NCBI GenBank assembly: GCA_004764695.1
Contig: SMSO01000034.1
Span: forward strand, 4,030,001-4,094,000
Length of the DNA stretch: 64,000 bases
Source: Schizochytrium sp. TIO01
Lineage: Eukaryota > Protista > Bigyra: Labyrinthulomycetes
Direction of reading: 5' to 3'
Shown: positions 50,572 through 63,315 of the stretch, in pieces
Numbering within the stretch: the first letter of the stretch is position 1
How the letters are laid out: each line of letters starts with the position of its first letter
Notes under the pieces: generated by a model
Database searches by the model: none
What the model saw: only the letters and a program-made list of their open reading frames with translations
What the model was told of the DNA's origin: nothing
Position numbers and translations under genes: made by a program

Positions 50572-50726
50572 GATAAATTAATAAATTAATAAATTAATAA
50601 ATTAATAAATTAATAAATTAATAAATTAATAAATTAATAAATTAATAAATTAATAAATTAATAAATTAATAAATTAATAAATTAATAAATTAATAAATTA
50701 ATAAATTAATAAATTAATAAATTAAT
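50572..50726. repeat. (ATAAATTA)n perfect octamer tandem repeat, about 19 copies
   Basis: Read directly from the sequence. Confidence 0.95.
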
Positions 50727-50964
50727 ATAAGAGGTCTTTGCGCTGGTCTCGAGCCATCATCATTCTTAACAAACGAAAACCGGAATAAAAACAAAATAAA
50801 ATGAAAGGCCTTTGAAGCGCTATCTCTCTATCTCTCTATGTATTCGTAAATACATACGTACATCCATCCTCCTTTAGACGATATGGGATGCAAGCAAGAA
50901 AGCGGGAGCAAGAGGCCGGGCCCTTGGATCAGAAGCCAAGCCGCGAGACGAGCCTAGTCCACGG

Positions 50965-50999
<35 letters not shown>

Positions 51000-51068
51000 A
51001 GAATACCGCAGAAGAAGCCAGCCGGCCAGCCAGCCAGCCGGCGCATGGATGGCTTCGTGGAGAGACGG

Positions 51069-51103
<35 letters not shown>

Positions 51104-51898
51104 GGCTCAAACTTTAAAGTATTATTATGGATGCAGAAGCAGCAGCAAGGATAAATGAGCCCTTAATGTTCATTCTTTTATGCAGGCAGTGGGCTCGTAG
51201 GCGCCCGCCTAGAGGAAACTGTAGCGGGCGGAGGAAAGAAGAGTTTATTGATTCATTTAATCGGCTCAGATTATTGGTCTGTTAGGATGCATTCATTTGG
51301 CAGTCATTGATTCGATCATTTTTATTGATGGATGAGAGTGATTGTCTCTTTGAGTGAATGATTGAGTGATCGATTGATTGATTTGGGGTGAAAGGCGGCA
51401 GAGGACAGGAGATGAGGATGGTCTCTTTGGAGCCCACTCGGGAGCACGCGCATGCGAGCCAAGCGAGACACAGAAAGACGGAGAGAAGGAAAGATAGAGA
51501 GACGGATGGGTACTACCTGCTACGCTCAGGCTACGAAACCTGCGCTTGAGCGAATGGACTGCTTTCTTTGGGGATGTATGTATATATTAGTACTCTTCAT
51601 CAACAGAATATGGAGATGGTGCCTCTTTCAGTTATTTAGTTTAGAAATTACTGAAAGAAAGGAATTACATTATAAACGTTCATTGTTTTGCCATGTTTTG
51701 TTTTGTCTTTTATTTTATTTTACTCTGTTTTATTTTCCGAGTCGCTCTTTTAACATGAAAAGATAAATTAAAAAACAAACAGAACAGAACTTCCCAAAGA
51801 CATCATTTGTATAAAAAAAGGAACAATTAAGAGAAAGCGGAAACGAAGCTATCCCCAATTCCCCTTGTTCTCCTTTTACACTTTCATTCATTACTCGC

Positions 51899-52079
51899 TT
51901 GTTTGTTTGTTTGTTTGTTTGTTTGTTTGTTTGTTTGTTTGTTTGTTTGTTTGTTTGTTTGTTTGTTTGTTTGTTTGTTTGTTTGTTTGTTTGTTTGTTT
52001 GTTTGTTTGTTTGTTTGTTTGTTTGTTTGTTTGTTTGTTTGTTTGTTTGTTTGTTTGTTTGTTTGTTTGTTTGTTTGTT
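51899..52079. repeat. Long (TTGT)n microsatellite, about 45 copies
   Basis: Read directly from the sequence. Confidence 0.97.
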
Positions 52080-52324
52080 GTTTGTTACGTAGGAGTGCCT
52101 ACTCGGTCCTCAGCACCATTGCCAGCAAGCGATAGAGTCGAAAAGGACAAGAACTGTCCTTAGGCTTTAGGGCGAGCGAGCCCTTCAAAGCAGAGAGTCC
52201 TTTCGCCTGCGGAGTGGACATGGGAAAGATAAGATGTAAAGGAGGTTTTCCCGAGCCGCCTCGAAGCCTTCATGAGGAAGAAAAGGGTGCACGTCTGCCT
52301 GGGTCCCTTTCTCTCTTTTTCTCT

Positions 52325-52363
<39 letters not shown>

Positions 52364-52834
52364 GCCAGCCACTTGATCGTGTCTCTCTCAAGTGAATGAA
52401 AGAATGAATGATTGATTGATAGATCGATAGAATGAAGCAATGAAGGAATGAAGGAACAAAGGAGTGATAAGTGCTCTCTAACTTCCCTCTGGCTTTCTTC
52501 TCCTCCTATTGGACCTGCCTGCTTTCGGCTCTCCTCCTCATCATCAGTGGGATACCGCTCGCTCACTAGCACTGCCTACCACTCCGGTAGGGAGGAGCAT
52601 CAGCTGGAGCCCTATGGACACCTTAGGCTAGTTGTCAGGTAGGACGTGCTAACAGTGCACGCTATCCATTGCTAGCCAAAAGTGAGTCCTTGCGACAAAG
52701 AAAGAAAGAAGCAAATATGTAACTAAATAAACAATTCCTCAATAAAAATAACTAAATAGATAAATAAACACAGAAGCATGACGAAAGAAAGAAATCAATC
52801 AAATTGATTGATCGTCAGATTTAGACTTGCTTAT

Positions 52835-52883
<49 letters not shown>

Positions 52884-53430
52884 ATGAGCCAAGCTCTCAC
52901 ATTTGAGCGAGCTCGGGAAGATCAATTAATCTATCTTCCAGGGCTCGAGAATGCCTACCACCTTTGTCAATCCATGCGTGCTGGAAAACAAGCAAGCAGA
53001 ATCCACAATAGTTCACACTCGTATCGATGCCATGTTCTAACAGGCGATTCAAGTTGACTCGAGAGCAGATGACCGAAGAAGTGGACCAGGAAGATCAAAG
53101 AGTGAGTGCGTGAATGAATGAGTGAGTGACTGAGTGGGCGAATGGAGGGATTATTTATTCGAAACGTGAGTCCACTTGAGCAACCAACCAAGCAAGCACC
53201 CGCATAAACTCTCTCTCTCTCTCTCTCTCTGTTTATCACTTCCTTCCTTCCAAACCACTTTACCTTCTTCTGCCTTCCTCCTATGTAGTGCCCTTCTCCC
53301 TCCAAAACCATGCATGCTTCACTATCCGAGCCCCTCCCCTACCCCAAAGCCTAAGAGGCCACTAGCTATCCCATTCTCGCGCATCCATTGCTCGCGACCC
53401 GGTTCTCCAAATGCCTGAGCCTGAGGCGCC

Positions 53431-53476
<46 letters not shown>

Positions 53477-54014
53477 ATTCATTCATTTATTCAATCACTC
53501 ATTCATTCGTCCTTCGGTTTTGGCGCCTCTCATCCTTGGAAAAGCCATGAAATGTTTCCTCCTCATTTTCCCCTCTTTCTTCATCTTCCGCATTGTTAGT
53601 TTGGTCGTTTAGAGCAAATGGAATGGCATATTGAGATGAATGAGGACTGAATGAAGGAATGAAGGAATGAAGGAATGAATGAATGATAGATCGATCCATC
53701 GATCAATCGATCAATCAGTCGCCTGGCAGCCAAGCGCGAGATGGATGGATCGAAGGAGACCGCCCGCCTGAGCTTGCGAGACCAGCGCTCCCCGCCCCCA
53801 TAGGCTCGGCGGCAGCTCGCCAGGCGGCGACGAAGCAGCAGCAGCAGCATAGCAGCAGCAGCAGCAGCAGAAAGCGAGACAGAGCGAGGATTCTCTAGTG
53901 CTCCCAAACTCACTCACTCGAGGCATTTGACTCAGACCTCTCTCTCTCTCTCTATCTCACTCTATCTCTGTCTCTATCTTTACCTCTGTTTGATTGAGTC
54001 ATGGGAGAAAGAAG

Positions 54015-54045
<31 letters not shown>

Positions 54046-57000
54046 GACGGAGAAAGCAGAGGGAGTTTTGCTTCCGTTTGAAGGATACACTGGTCGAAAG
54101 GGAGGGCCGCAGAAAGAAAGAAAGAAAGAAAAAAGAAAGAAAGAAAGAAAGAAAGAAAGAAGGAGAGAAAGAGGAGAACGAAAGAATGGCCAGAAGTTCT
54201 GAAAAGACGGAGCAGTGAGCCCACTTCTGATCAGAACGGCTTCGAAGAAAGAAAGAAAGAAAGAAAGAAAGAATGAAGAAGTTCTCTTTCCTTCTGCTTT
54301 CTTTCGTATTGCATGCTAGGCGACGCTAGAGTAGCAGGTAGGCCTTCATGCAATCAAGAAACGAGATTTGAATTATAATGAATCAACATCATTGACCTAT
54401 TTGTGCGTCTTTGAAGGCATTCATTCATTCATTCATTTCTTTCATTTCATGAGCGCTTCGGTTGATTGCAATGGAAAGGACTCATGTTTACTCGTCCCGC
54501 AAATCAGGATGGAATGCAGCGGAGGTACTCTCTGTTGCAGGGTACCCCCCTCAAGCCAGCACTGAGTCTGCGGCCAGGACCCCGCTCGAGGATACCGCGC
54601 GAGTCCTGGTCAGCTAGCTGCGAGCAATTAATTGTCGCTCCTTCCTGTCATGCTCTATGACGACAGACTTATTCGCTCGTGAAAAGTCTCTTTCTTCCGT
54701 ATGGAGCAAAATAAGAAACATCGTTTATACTACTATTGTTATTTATTGCATCTCAAAAAATAAAAGATAAATGATTGTGATAGGGATACTGTGACTTCCG
54801 TAGGAGAGGAAAATAGATGAGAGGCACTTTCTATTATTTAAATGAAGGAGATTTGAAAGCTTCTATACTCCTTCTTATGCGAATATACAGCAATCCTAGA
54901 ACTGAGCAGTTTCCGCGCCCTCAGACTCCACGCGTGTGTCCACCTCTGAAGGCTGCTTGAGGGGAGCGGTGGAAAGCAGTTGGGGTAGAAGGCCAAGCAA
55001 GGGCGTCGGGGAAACCTCGCTTCAGTGCTCCGTCTTTTCAGAGTGGCAAGTTTAAAAACAAATTTTAAAACAAACAATGTTTTTTAAAGGACTAATGAAA
55101 TTTAAAAGAAAAAGTAGTTGCCTTCCATTCCCTGAGCTCTTTGGAAGAAAGGCATTTGTTTCGATTGATTGTTGAAATGGTCCTTACGATTGAAGGAGCA
55201 GCCAATCATTCATTCTCCCGTTCTCAACTCTGCGCCTTCGCTCGACGGGAAACGGAGCGAAGAAAACAGATCAGGTCGATCCCAGTCTCGAAATAGGCCC
55301 TGTGATTGTCATATCGTAGCCACGCACACAAAGACGAAGGGCCGCCAGCCACCCTGAAAATCGAATGAAATGAAAGGGAAGAGGCATCCTTAGAACCCAA
55401 AGCACACGGAAAAAAAGATCCCTTAGCTCGCCCCTAGGTGCAACTAGGAGCACCGCCCTGTTTATGTACTAAATTAATTATAAGAATATATAAGAATATA
55501 AAATCCCAGAATTTGAGACTAAAAGATGACGCAGTAGAACATTCATTTCATCTCTAGGCGTCGATAGCGGAATGGTAGGAGAGAAATACATACATACATA
55601 CGTAAATGAGACAGAGAAGCTGTGTTTACAAAGTACCTACTGGAGGAAAGAGAGGGAGGTATTGCGATAGAACTCCAGTTCTTACCCAGCTACTTATCAA
55701 ATGGAGTAGGAGTCAGTCTGATTAGAACAAGTGAATGTTGATATTGCCAGTGAGGAATATATATATAAATATACATAGAGAGAGAGGAAAAGAGTGTGTC
55801 TTGGAATATTGTTGACTCCTCTTCCTTCTTCCTACTTTGGCTTTCAATTCCACTTTCTACTCTTTCTCTGGAGTCTCGGGAAAACCTAATGGGCGCCTTA
55901 AAAAAGTCAACAAATCCACATAGTACTGATTTTTGTTTTACTTATTGACCAGAACTGTAGAGTGTAAGAGGAATCGAAGAGCTGGAACAAGATGAAAGGA
56001 GTGAGACTTATGGATTTGCGTAGATGGTGGATAGGCATCCAGCTACGCCAGGTCAGACTGAGAGGGAAAGAAACTCAACAACCACATATACAATCAATAT
56101 ATTCTTAATTTGCAAGGTAAAAAAGTATTGGGATTATTAGCAAAGCATCTCCTTGTTTTATTTAAAACTATGCATTTAATTAGACGACTAGAGGAGGAAT
56201 TGAGAAAAAGGAAGAAGGAATAACAAGAAGAAGTCCTTTTTTTAAAAATAAATTAAATAGCAACGCGAAGACCTAGTTATCTATACTAGCATAATAATCT
56301 CTCATTTTACGAAGAATTGATCCGGATGGTATTTATTTTTAAAATTTCAATTTTGTTTTACAGTATTTCGAGTGAAAAGAGCCCTCCTCACCCTCCACGC
56401 ATGAGCGAAAGTACAGAAAAGACACCAGTTCAAGCAACCAGACACATGGAAACATAGATAGCTGCATCAGCGCAGTCCACGTGCCAGCGGCTTCTCGCCT
56501 CTTTGCTGCCTTGCTTTGTTTCTTTCGCTGCTTCTTTCGCTCTCTTGCAGCGCCTCGCGCGTTCGCCACGGAGTACTATTGACTGTTTATTTGCTTGCTT
56601 CTTAAATTTAAATTAAAAGAAAATAAAATCAATCAGAAAAGAAAGAAAGTAAATCGCTCATGAAAGAATCGGGGAAACGGGTGCGGTGAACGGATGAAGA
56701 TAATCCAAAAGAGAAAGAAAAGACCTCTGTCATGTCATAATATATGCCTTCCTTTGTTATATTTCCTTTTTAATTTTATTTTTTAAACGAAATACTTATT
56801 TGGTTATACTTCTCCTCTGTGCTTTTAATTTCAAAAAAAAAATTGTAAGTTGGAAAAGAAACATAAATCAATCAATCAATAAATGTTGTCTCACTTTGCT
56901 CTGCAGAGAATGGAACTTGAGAGGAAATCAACTTATTTCAAGCAGCTTTGTGAATCAAAGAGGGAAAAACCTACCGAGTCTCTTAGCGAATACGCTAAGC

Positions 57001-57083
57001 AGGTAAGCAGTTTGTTTGTTTCTTTCTTTCTTTCTTTAAATGGCCAAAGTGAGTAATTAATTAATTAATTAATTAATTGATTG

Positions 57084-57132
<49 letters not shown>
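57084..57132. repeat. (ACTA)n / (TTAG)n microsatellite preceded by (TAAT)n
   Basis: Read directly from the sequence. Confidence 0.95.
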
Positions 57133-57561
57133 GTCAGCAAGTAAGTAAGTAAGTTAGCAAGTAAGCAAGCAGGAAACAGAAAGAACTCAAGCAGCGTAAA
57201 GTGGAAATAACGAGGAGGAAGCAGCAGAAAGAAGAAGAAAGCCAAAAGCCGAAAGCAAATCCCTTTCGCACTCGCGAAGAGAAAGCATCGCAAGACGCCC
57301 CTCCTCGCGACCGCAGACAGACAGACAGACAGACAGGCAGAACCAGCCCAAGCGAGCAGGCAGACAGGCAGGCAGGCAGGCAAGCCGCAGGGCAGCAGGC
57401 TAGCTGGACAGCCACGCAGGCAGGCAGGCAAGCAAGCAAGCTAGCGCAGCGGGCGCGGTTCCGAGCTTTTGAAAAGAGGTCGAGCAAAGCTAGTTCCCTA
57501 GCTGGCTTGTTAGCTCTTTAGCGCGGCACCCCGCGTTGTTGTATCTAGACGTTCCAAACAG

Positions 57562-57727
57562 GTGCCGTTCTGTTCTTTAGACGCAGAGCGTGGCTGTTAT
57601 CCTATTTTTTTTATTTACTTACCTACCTCTTTGTGTGTGTGTTGTTGTTTTGTTACTTAGAGCTGTGTCTATATTTCCTCTCTCTTCTCTCTGGCGCCCT
57701 CTGAAAGAATCCATTTAGAGCTCACAG
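57562..57727 (+). other. Putative 5'UTR intron of the CTDSP-like gene
   Basis: CAG|GTGCCG donor, T/pyrimidine-rich interior and CTCACAG acceptor, flanked by A/G-rich UTR-like sequence. Confidence 0.4.
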
Positions 57728-58000
57728 AGGAAGAAAGCAATTTGTTGTTAGCGTGGACTTAGCTAACGAACGAGCGAAAAGACTCACAAAGAAATCAATA
57801 AATAAACAAAAGCTTAAATCGGCAACCAAAGCCGAAAGAAAGCTATCAACCCTCGAGGTTGAAGCGTGGCCTAGTAGAAAGCAGCCTTGAAGAAGACCAA
57901 CAGACAGACCAACCAGCGAGAGCGGTTGCAGGAGAGCTGCAGCAGCACGAGCGAGGTTAGTTTGAAGGACAAGGCGCCCGCCGTAGGGACGCGGTGGTGG

Positions 58001-59098
58001 ATGCGACGTGTGGCATCAAAGGCTAGCAACCTCGCGAAGCAAGGCACGCAGAGCTTTAGTAGCAGCAGCAGCAGTTCGACTTGCTCCTCGGTGAGTAGCA
58101 CGAGCAGCAGCAGCGCAGCAGCCTCTGTCTCGTCCGCGAGCAGCAGCAGCAGCAGCAGCATGATCCGACCCGGAGCACACCCAACCACCATCGAGACAGG
58201 CGTCGCTCGCGCTTTCCCGCACAACAACAACGGCAGCCCGAGGAGTGCAGGTGGCGTCGACTCGGCACTGCCCCCCGTTAATGGCCACCGCAATGTAACC
58301 ACGGACGCAAAGTCCGCAGCCGCCGCAGCAAACAGCGCAAACCGGAGAAGGCGCGGACCCCACGGACCCAGCACCGGGTCCACGCTTCAGGCAACCGCTA
58401 GCTCGATCGAGCGCCCGTACTCGAGCCCCAGGCTCAATGCCGTGCGCAACTCAACCCTCTCGAACCGCTCCGTGGTCCCGCCCCAGGCGGCACAGGACCG
58501 CGGCAAGCTCACGGTCGTCTTGGACGTCGATGAAACGCTCATTCACAGCCGGCTGTCAGCTCACCAGGAGCAATTCCGACAGGCTGAGGAGCGCAAGGAG
58601 GCCACTGTTGCCGTCGAAGAGTTCACAATTACTCTGGCTGACGGTGAGGTGGTCCATGTGAACAAAAGACCGGGACTGGACAAGTTCCTCGCTTACGCTT
58701 CGGAAAATTACGAACTTTTTGCATATACAGCAGGCCTCGAGGAGTATGCACGACCGCTCCTCGACTGGCTTGACCCCAAGGGCACGATCTTTCGTGGACG
58801 CCTGTATCGCGACTCGTGCCTCTTCATGCGCGGATATTACCTTAAGGACCTCCAGAGACTCGAGAGGCCTTTGAACCGCATTGTTCTTGTCGATAACAAC
58901 GCATTCTGCTTTTTGCCCCAGCTTAGCAACGGTGTACCTATTTCCAGCTGGTACGATGACCCCAACGATACCGCCCTCTCGGTCCTCGCCACATTTCTCG
59001 AGCGCATCCGCGATGAGAAGGACATCAGGCCCTTCCTTCGTAAGAGTTTTAACCTCGAGACGTTGCTACGCGAGCATCGCGAGCAGATTGTTGGCTAG
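58001..59098 (+). CDS. SCP/CTDSP-like (NIF/FCP1-homology) HAD phosphatase with a Ser-rich N-terminal extension
   Basis: LTVVLDVDETLIHS (DxDxT), VNKRPGLDKFL, YTAGLEEYA, RLYRDSC, YLKDL, VLVDN, PISSWYDDPND. The first ATG in the ORF is at 58001. Confidence 0.93.
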   Translation: MRRVASKASNLAKQGTQSFSSSSSSSTCSSVSSTSSSSAAASVSSASSSSSSSMIRPGAHPTTIETGVARAFPHNNNGSPRSAGGVDSALPPVNGHRNVTTDAKSAAAAANSANRRRRGPHGPSTGSTLQATASSIERPYSSPRLNAVRNSTLSNRSVVPPQAAQDRGKLTVVLDVDETLIHSRLSAHQEQFRQAEERKEATVAVEEFTITLADGEVVHVNKRPGLDKFLAYASENYELFAYTAGLEEYARPLLDWLDPKGTIFRGRLYRDSCLFMRGYYLKDLQRLERPLNRIVLVDNNAFCFLPQLSNGVPISSWYDDPNDTALSVLATFLERIRDEKDIRPFLRKSFNLETLLREHREQIVG

Positions 59099-60362
59099 GC
59101 AGAAAGCCCCGCGTGATTTATTTGCCTCCTTTACTGGAGCGGCGACTCCCTCGACCTTTGTCGGGTCCCTCGTGCCTCCCTCCAGCTATACATCTCTTTC
59201 CTGTTGTCACAAAAAGCCATGTTCTGTACATTAGGCAAGAAAAGAAGAAGATCACCCCCCATCGCCCACGCGCGACCGTTCCCTGTAATGCTATTCGGAC
59301 GCCGTAGAGCTCTATACAAAGCACCCGATCATTCTCTATAAATATATTCATTGTCTATCGTAGTTTCTCTCTTTCTTCATCCCCCCACTTATCTCCCTTT
59401 CCCGTTCCCAAATTTGGAAGCCTCTTATCAACACATTTATCTCTTTTTCTTTCACTCACTCATCATCCCATTCTCGAGCTCCCGAACTTGCGCACAGATC
59501 AATCAATCAGCCTTGTAGGCAGCAGATCAAAGACACGCGCGCACAACACGTACAGCCTTTCGAGCGCACATTGCACGCAATCATTTCCTCCCTTCCTACT
59601 TCCTCTTGCACGAGAGCATTGTCCTTCCTGCGCGCTTGTCCCCTGCTGTCCCAGAAGGCAAGTGGCGGTATGCGTTTCCCAAGTCCAAGCAATCCCCAAC
59701 GCACTCCCCACCGAACCAGCGGCTCCCAAGTACGCCCAGAATTACCATCGAGGGCCCTCAGGGACGTGAGCAGGCTCGTAAATAGCTTGCTAGCTGGCTA
59801 GCTCTTCCCATCTTGGAGGAATACCGAACCTGCTGGCCCAAATACAACTTGAACGAGGGTCGCCAAGCTACAGGCAGTAACTATCGCCAACGATCGTCAA
59901 TGATCATCAACAATCGTCAAGAAAGAAAATATACGTACCTATGCATGTCTGAATTGGGTGTCAAGATGAAATAGAAGTTTCGTTTCTCGAATGAGGCAAC
60001 ATCTATCGCAAGCGAAGTCACAATCGCGGATGGAAGGAAGATCTGACCGCGAAGGTCTCTGCCCAAGAAAGCTGCAGCAGTACCCTGTCTTGAAGTCTCC
60101 GAAAGCAGCGCTTCTTTGAGCATGAACTACTTTTCATAAAAGTAATATCAGCAAATCAGATCAGATCAGATCAGATCGTTAGCGAAGAACACATTTTAAC
60201 TCAAGTCAAAACAAACACTCAATGGTTAACAAGGAAGATAGTAGCTTTTAGGAAGGTACCCAAGTACTGCGCTATTACAATAAAATACGTGAAGAGAAAA
60301 TAAGAAGGCAAGAAAACAAAGATCCCACCAGGCTCCTGGGCGCCTTTCGTGAGGGGCCGCAG

Positions 60363-60401
<39 letters not shown>

Positions 60402-60545
60402 TTATAAAATGTAATCTTATGTAATGTTAATTTTAGAAGAATCAACCATTCAATCAATTGAGCTGTAGCATTTGGTACTTGTTTGTCTCTGCAGAGCTTA
60501 TCAACCTTCATCGAGGCGTCCGCAGCAATAGCCCGGAGTTTGATC

Positions 60546-60642
60546 TGCTTTGCTTTGCTTTGCTTTGCTTTGCTTTGCTTTGCTTTGCTTTGCTTTGCTT
60601 TGCTTTGCTTTGCTTTGCTTTGCTTTGCTTTGCTTTGCTTTG
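60546..60642. repeat. (TGCTT)n pentanucleotide microsatellite
   Basis: Read directly from the sequence. Confidence 0.95.
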
Positions 60643-61749
60643 CAGCAGAAAACAAAGCGAAAGACTCGCCTCGCTCAGAGTGCGCTCTCTCGAGCTTGCG
60701 CAGCTTGAAAGCGTCCCTCCAAGCTGTGATTGCGCTCGTACAGATGCCCTAGGCGGGCGCACGAACTAGCTGCCCTCGAAGGCTCCCAGAGACTGCCTGC
60801 TGATGATCGAAATGACTGCACGTTCAAGAGTGCTGTTGCAAGGAAGCCAAGAGCATCATCGACAAGGACCGCAAGAACTCGCCTCGCCAGTGAATGATTC
60901 CCAAGCCGCTCACAGATCTCAATCGTTCACAGATCTCTCTGGTGCAAGATTGTTGAATTGCCCGCGGAGAATTGAATTAATTGCATAGGCTCTTCGTTGG
61001 GGACGGAGATTGTGGAAGACTTTAGAGGACAATCAATTACCATTTACCTTTTCAGTGCCGCGAGGTGCTTTGTTCGGTACTGTGCGGTTGATTGGCAGGT
61101 GGGATAAGAGAGGCCGTGCTCGACTCGTGAAAACTATTTCCACTCGGTGTTTCATGGGCACCTGAGGTGATGGACCTTGTATTTCTTCAAGAGATAGAAA
61201 GAGATAGAAAGCTAGGCTTGCACGACGATTCGTTAACGAAAGCAAGAACTTCCCTGAAGCAGACAGACTCTCAGAATTTACCTCGAGTTCTGCAGCAGGA
61301 GAATTTTTGATGAGTTAAAGACGAGTGAAGGGCATATGCACATCTCAGGTCCATTACATGCGAAGCAAAACAAAGCAACCTTCAGATTTAGACAATCAGA
61401 ATAACTAAACGAATGAAGTACCATCACACAGACGTTTTAAAACAGCGCGCAGTCAACGCAAATCGAAATTGGTTGGTACTGTTGCAACTCACCTACGAAA
61501 CGTAATCTGAAGAATCTATTGGGTGAACTGTCACATCAACATCAGTCATTCAAGGCCAAATTTCCGATAGGCCCACGAACTCACGTACATTGGCAAAAAC
61601 AAAATGTATCCTCCTTAATCCCTCTTTAATTAGCCCACTTTAATCCACCTTAATGAAAAGTTAGACCGGTCTGCATAGTCTTTGGTGGAGGTGAGCCAGC
61701 TGAGAATAGAAACCTCGGCACCAAAGCTGAGTTCAAGACTGAGACAATC

Positions 61750-63315
61750 ATGGCCATTGACGACTCTGGCGAGCGCGCTGTGGCGCGTGAGATTGAAGTT
61801 GCTCTCAGCGATGCCGAACGACTTCTTGAAGAATCCCAAACAAGCTTTGACAATGAGCTCTGCATCTTGGAGACTGCGGAGCTCATCGCTAAGCACGGAT
61901 ATCGCCGTGTAGCGCTGCAAATTCCTGACGATCTCTTTCCTATTGCATTCAGATTGGCACAATCACTTCGATCTCACATACAGAATGAAAGCGTTGACAT
62001 CTTCGTGCTGGGAGACACATCTTATGGAAATTGCTGCGTTGATGAAGTCGCAGCAGAACATCATACTGCCGATTTTGTCGTGCACTATGGCCACTCATGT
62101 CTCTCCAGAGCAAGTCGTCTCCCAGTGCAGCTAGTTTTCACAAACAGGCCTCTTAATGTGGAGCTAGCTGCAGAAACCATCGCTGCGTCAGTCTTAGATG
62201 GTCATGAGGGTGAAACTAAACCGCATATTGTCCTTGTTCGCGATGTGCGCTACGATTATGCCATGCCTGACCTTGTTAAGGAGCTTGCTGAGAAGCACGA
62301 GATTACCGCCTCCCTTCCGGAAATCAAAGGAGGATTTCGCCCCCTGGAATCATTTGAAGCCGCCATGGAAATCGTGCAGGAGCAGCAGGAGGAGAAAAAA
62401 GCAGCCCCGATTGCCGTGGCCTTGGGTCAGGAAATCTACGAGACTCAGGATTTTGTAGCCATCTATGTTGGATCTGAAAACGAGCACCTTGCGCAAACAG
62501 CTCTCACTCTTGGTGTGGAGAACTGCAAACGTCTCCTTGCTTATGACCCAGCCGAAAACACATGCGACCCCCCTACACGTCAGGTTACCAGTCTAATCTC
62601 AAAACGTTTTCTTAAGGTCCAGCAAACCCGCGATGCAAGCATGATTGGTCTTCTTGTAGGAACAATGGGCGTACAGGGCTACTCTGAGGTGCTCAACAAC
62701 TTGTCCAAATTGGCACATCGCGCAGGCAAAAAAACATACACATTCCTCATGGGTAAGATTAACCCACAAAAACTCGCAAACTTTGCTCACATTGATGCCT
62801 ATGTTCTCGTGGCATGCCCCCTTAACAGCTTGCTTGACTCACGTGAATTTTTCAAGCCTGTTGTTACTCCCTTCGAGCTTGAGGTTGCCCTCGATGCGCG
62901 CGAATGGTCCACTCGCTTCGCGCTCTCATTTACAGAGCTTGCATCTCTCAGCCAGCTATCTCTTGATGATGAAAACGATAAGCACAAGGACGGAGATAAT
63001 GACGATGATGACGATGACACGCCGCACTTCTCTCTTGCCACAGGTAAACTTATCCACGCTGCTATTCAAAAACCATCACCAAAGACTACGGACGTGACGC
63101 CAGGTACCGCTGGAGATGATGCCCTTGTCAAGCACGGAGCTGATCGTCACATTGCCATCCGCTACTCTAGTCCTGCTGCAGATGCTCTTGCAGAGCTTTC
63201 ATTTAGAGGTATGGAATCGAACAAGGGCGACAAGGCTCCTCAAGCTGCTGTCAAGGGCCAATCCGGCACAGCGTCTGGTCTATATACTATTGGAGACCCC
63301 CAAACCAAACGTTAA
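61750..63315 (+). CDS. DPH2: Diphthamide biosynthesis protein 2
   Basis: RVALQIPD, LGDTSYGNCCVDEVAAEH, VVHYGHSCLS, IGLLVGTMG, GKINPQKLANF, VACP, KPVVTPFEL, HFSLATG, and the C-terminal GQSGTASGLY typical of Dph2. Confidence 0.93.
   Translation: MAIDDSGERAVAREIEVALSDAERLLEESQTSFDNELCILETAELIAKHGYRRVALQIPDDLFPIAFRLAQSLRSHIQNESVDIFVLGDTSYGNCCVDEVAAEHHTADFVVHYGHSCLSRASRLPVQLVFTNRPLNVELAAETIAASVLDGHEGETKPHIVLVRDVRYDYAMPDLVKELAEKHEITASLPEIKGGFRPLESFEAAMEIVQEQQEEKKAAPIAVALGQEIYETQDFVAIYVGSENEHLAQTALTLGVENCKRLLAYDPAENTCDPPTRQVTSLISKRFLKVQQTRDASMIGLLVGTMGVQGYSEVLNNLSKLAHRAGKKTYTFLMGKINPQKLANFAHIDAYVLVACPLNSLLDSREFFKPVVTPFELEVALDAREWSTRFALSFTELASLSQLSLDDENDKHKDGDNDDDDDDTPHFSLATGKLIHAAIQKPSPKTTDVTPGTAGDDALVKHGADRHIAIRYSSPAADALAELSFRGMESNKGDKAPQAAVKGQSGTASGLYTIGDPQTKR

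Noticed and set aside
51865-52163. ORFs such as FVCLFVCL..., KERKKERK..., ALLCFALLCF..., QSINQSIN...
   Set aside because: These are translations of stop-free microsatellites, not genes.
57871-58383. Antisense and overlapping ORFs on real genes (also within MKS1, DPH2 and the 7TM genes)
   Set aside because: Shadow ORFs arising from codon bias and low-complexity sequence.
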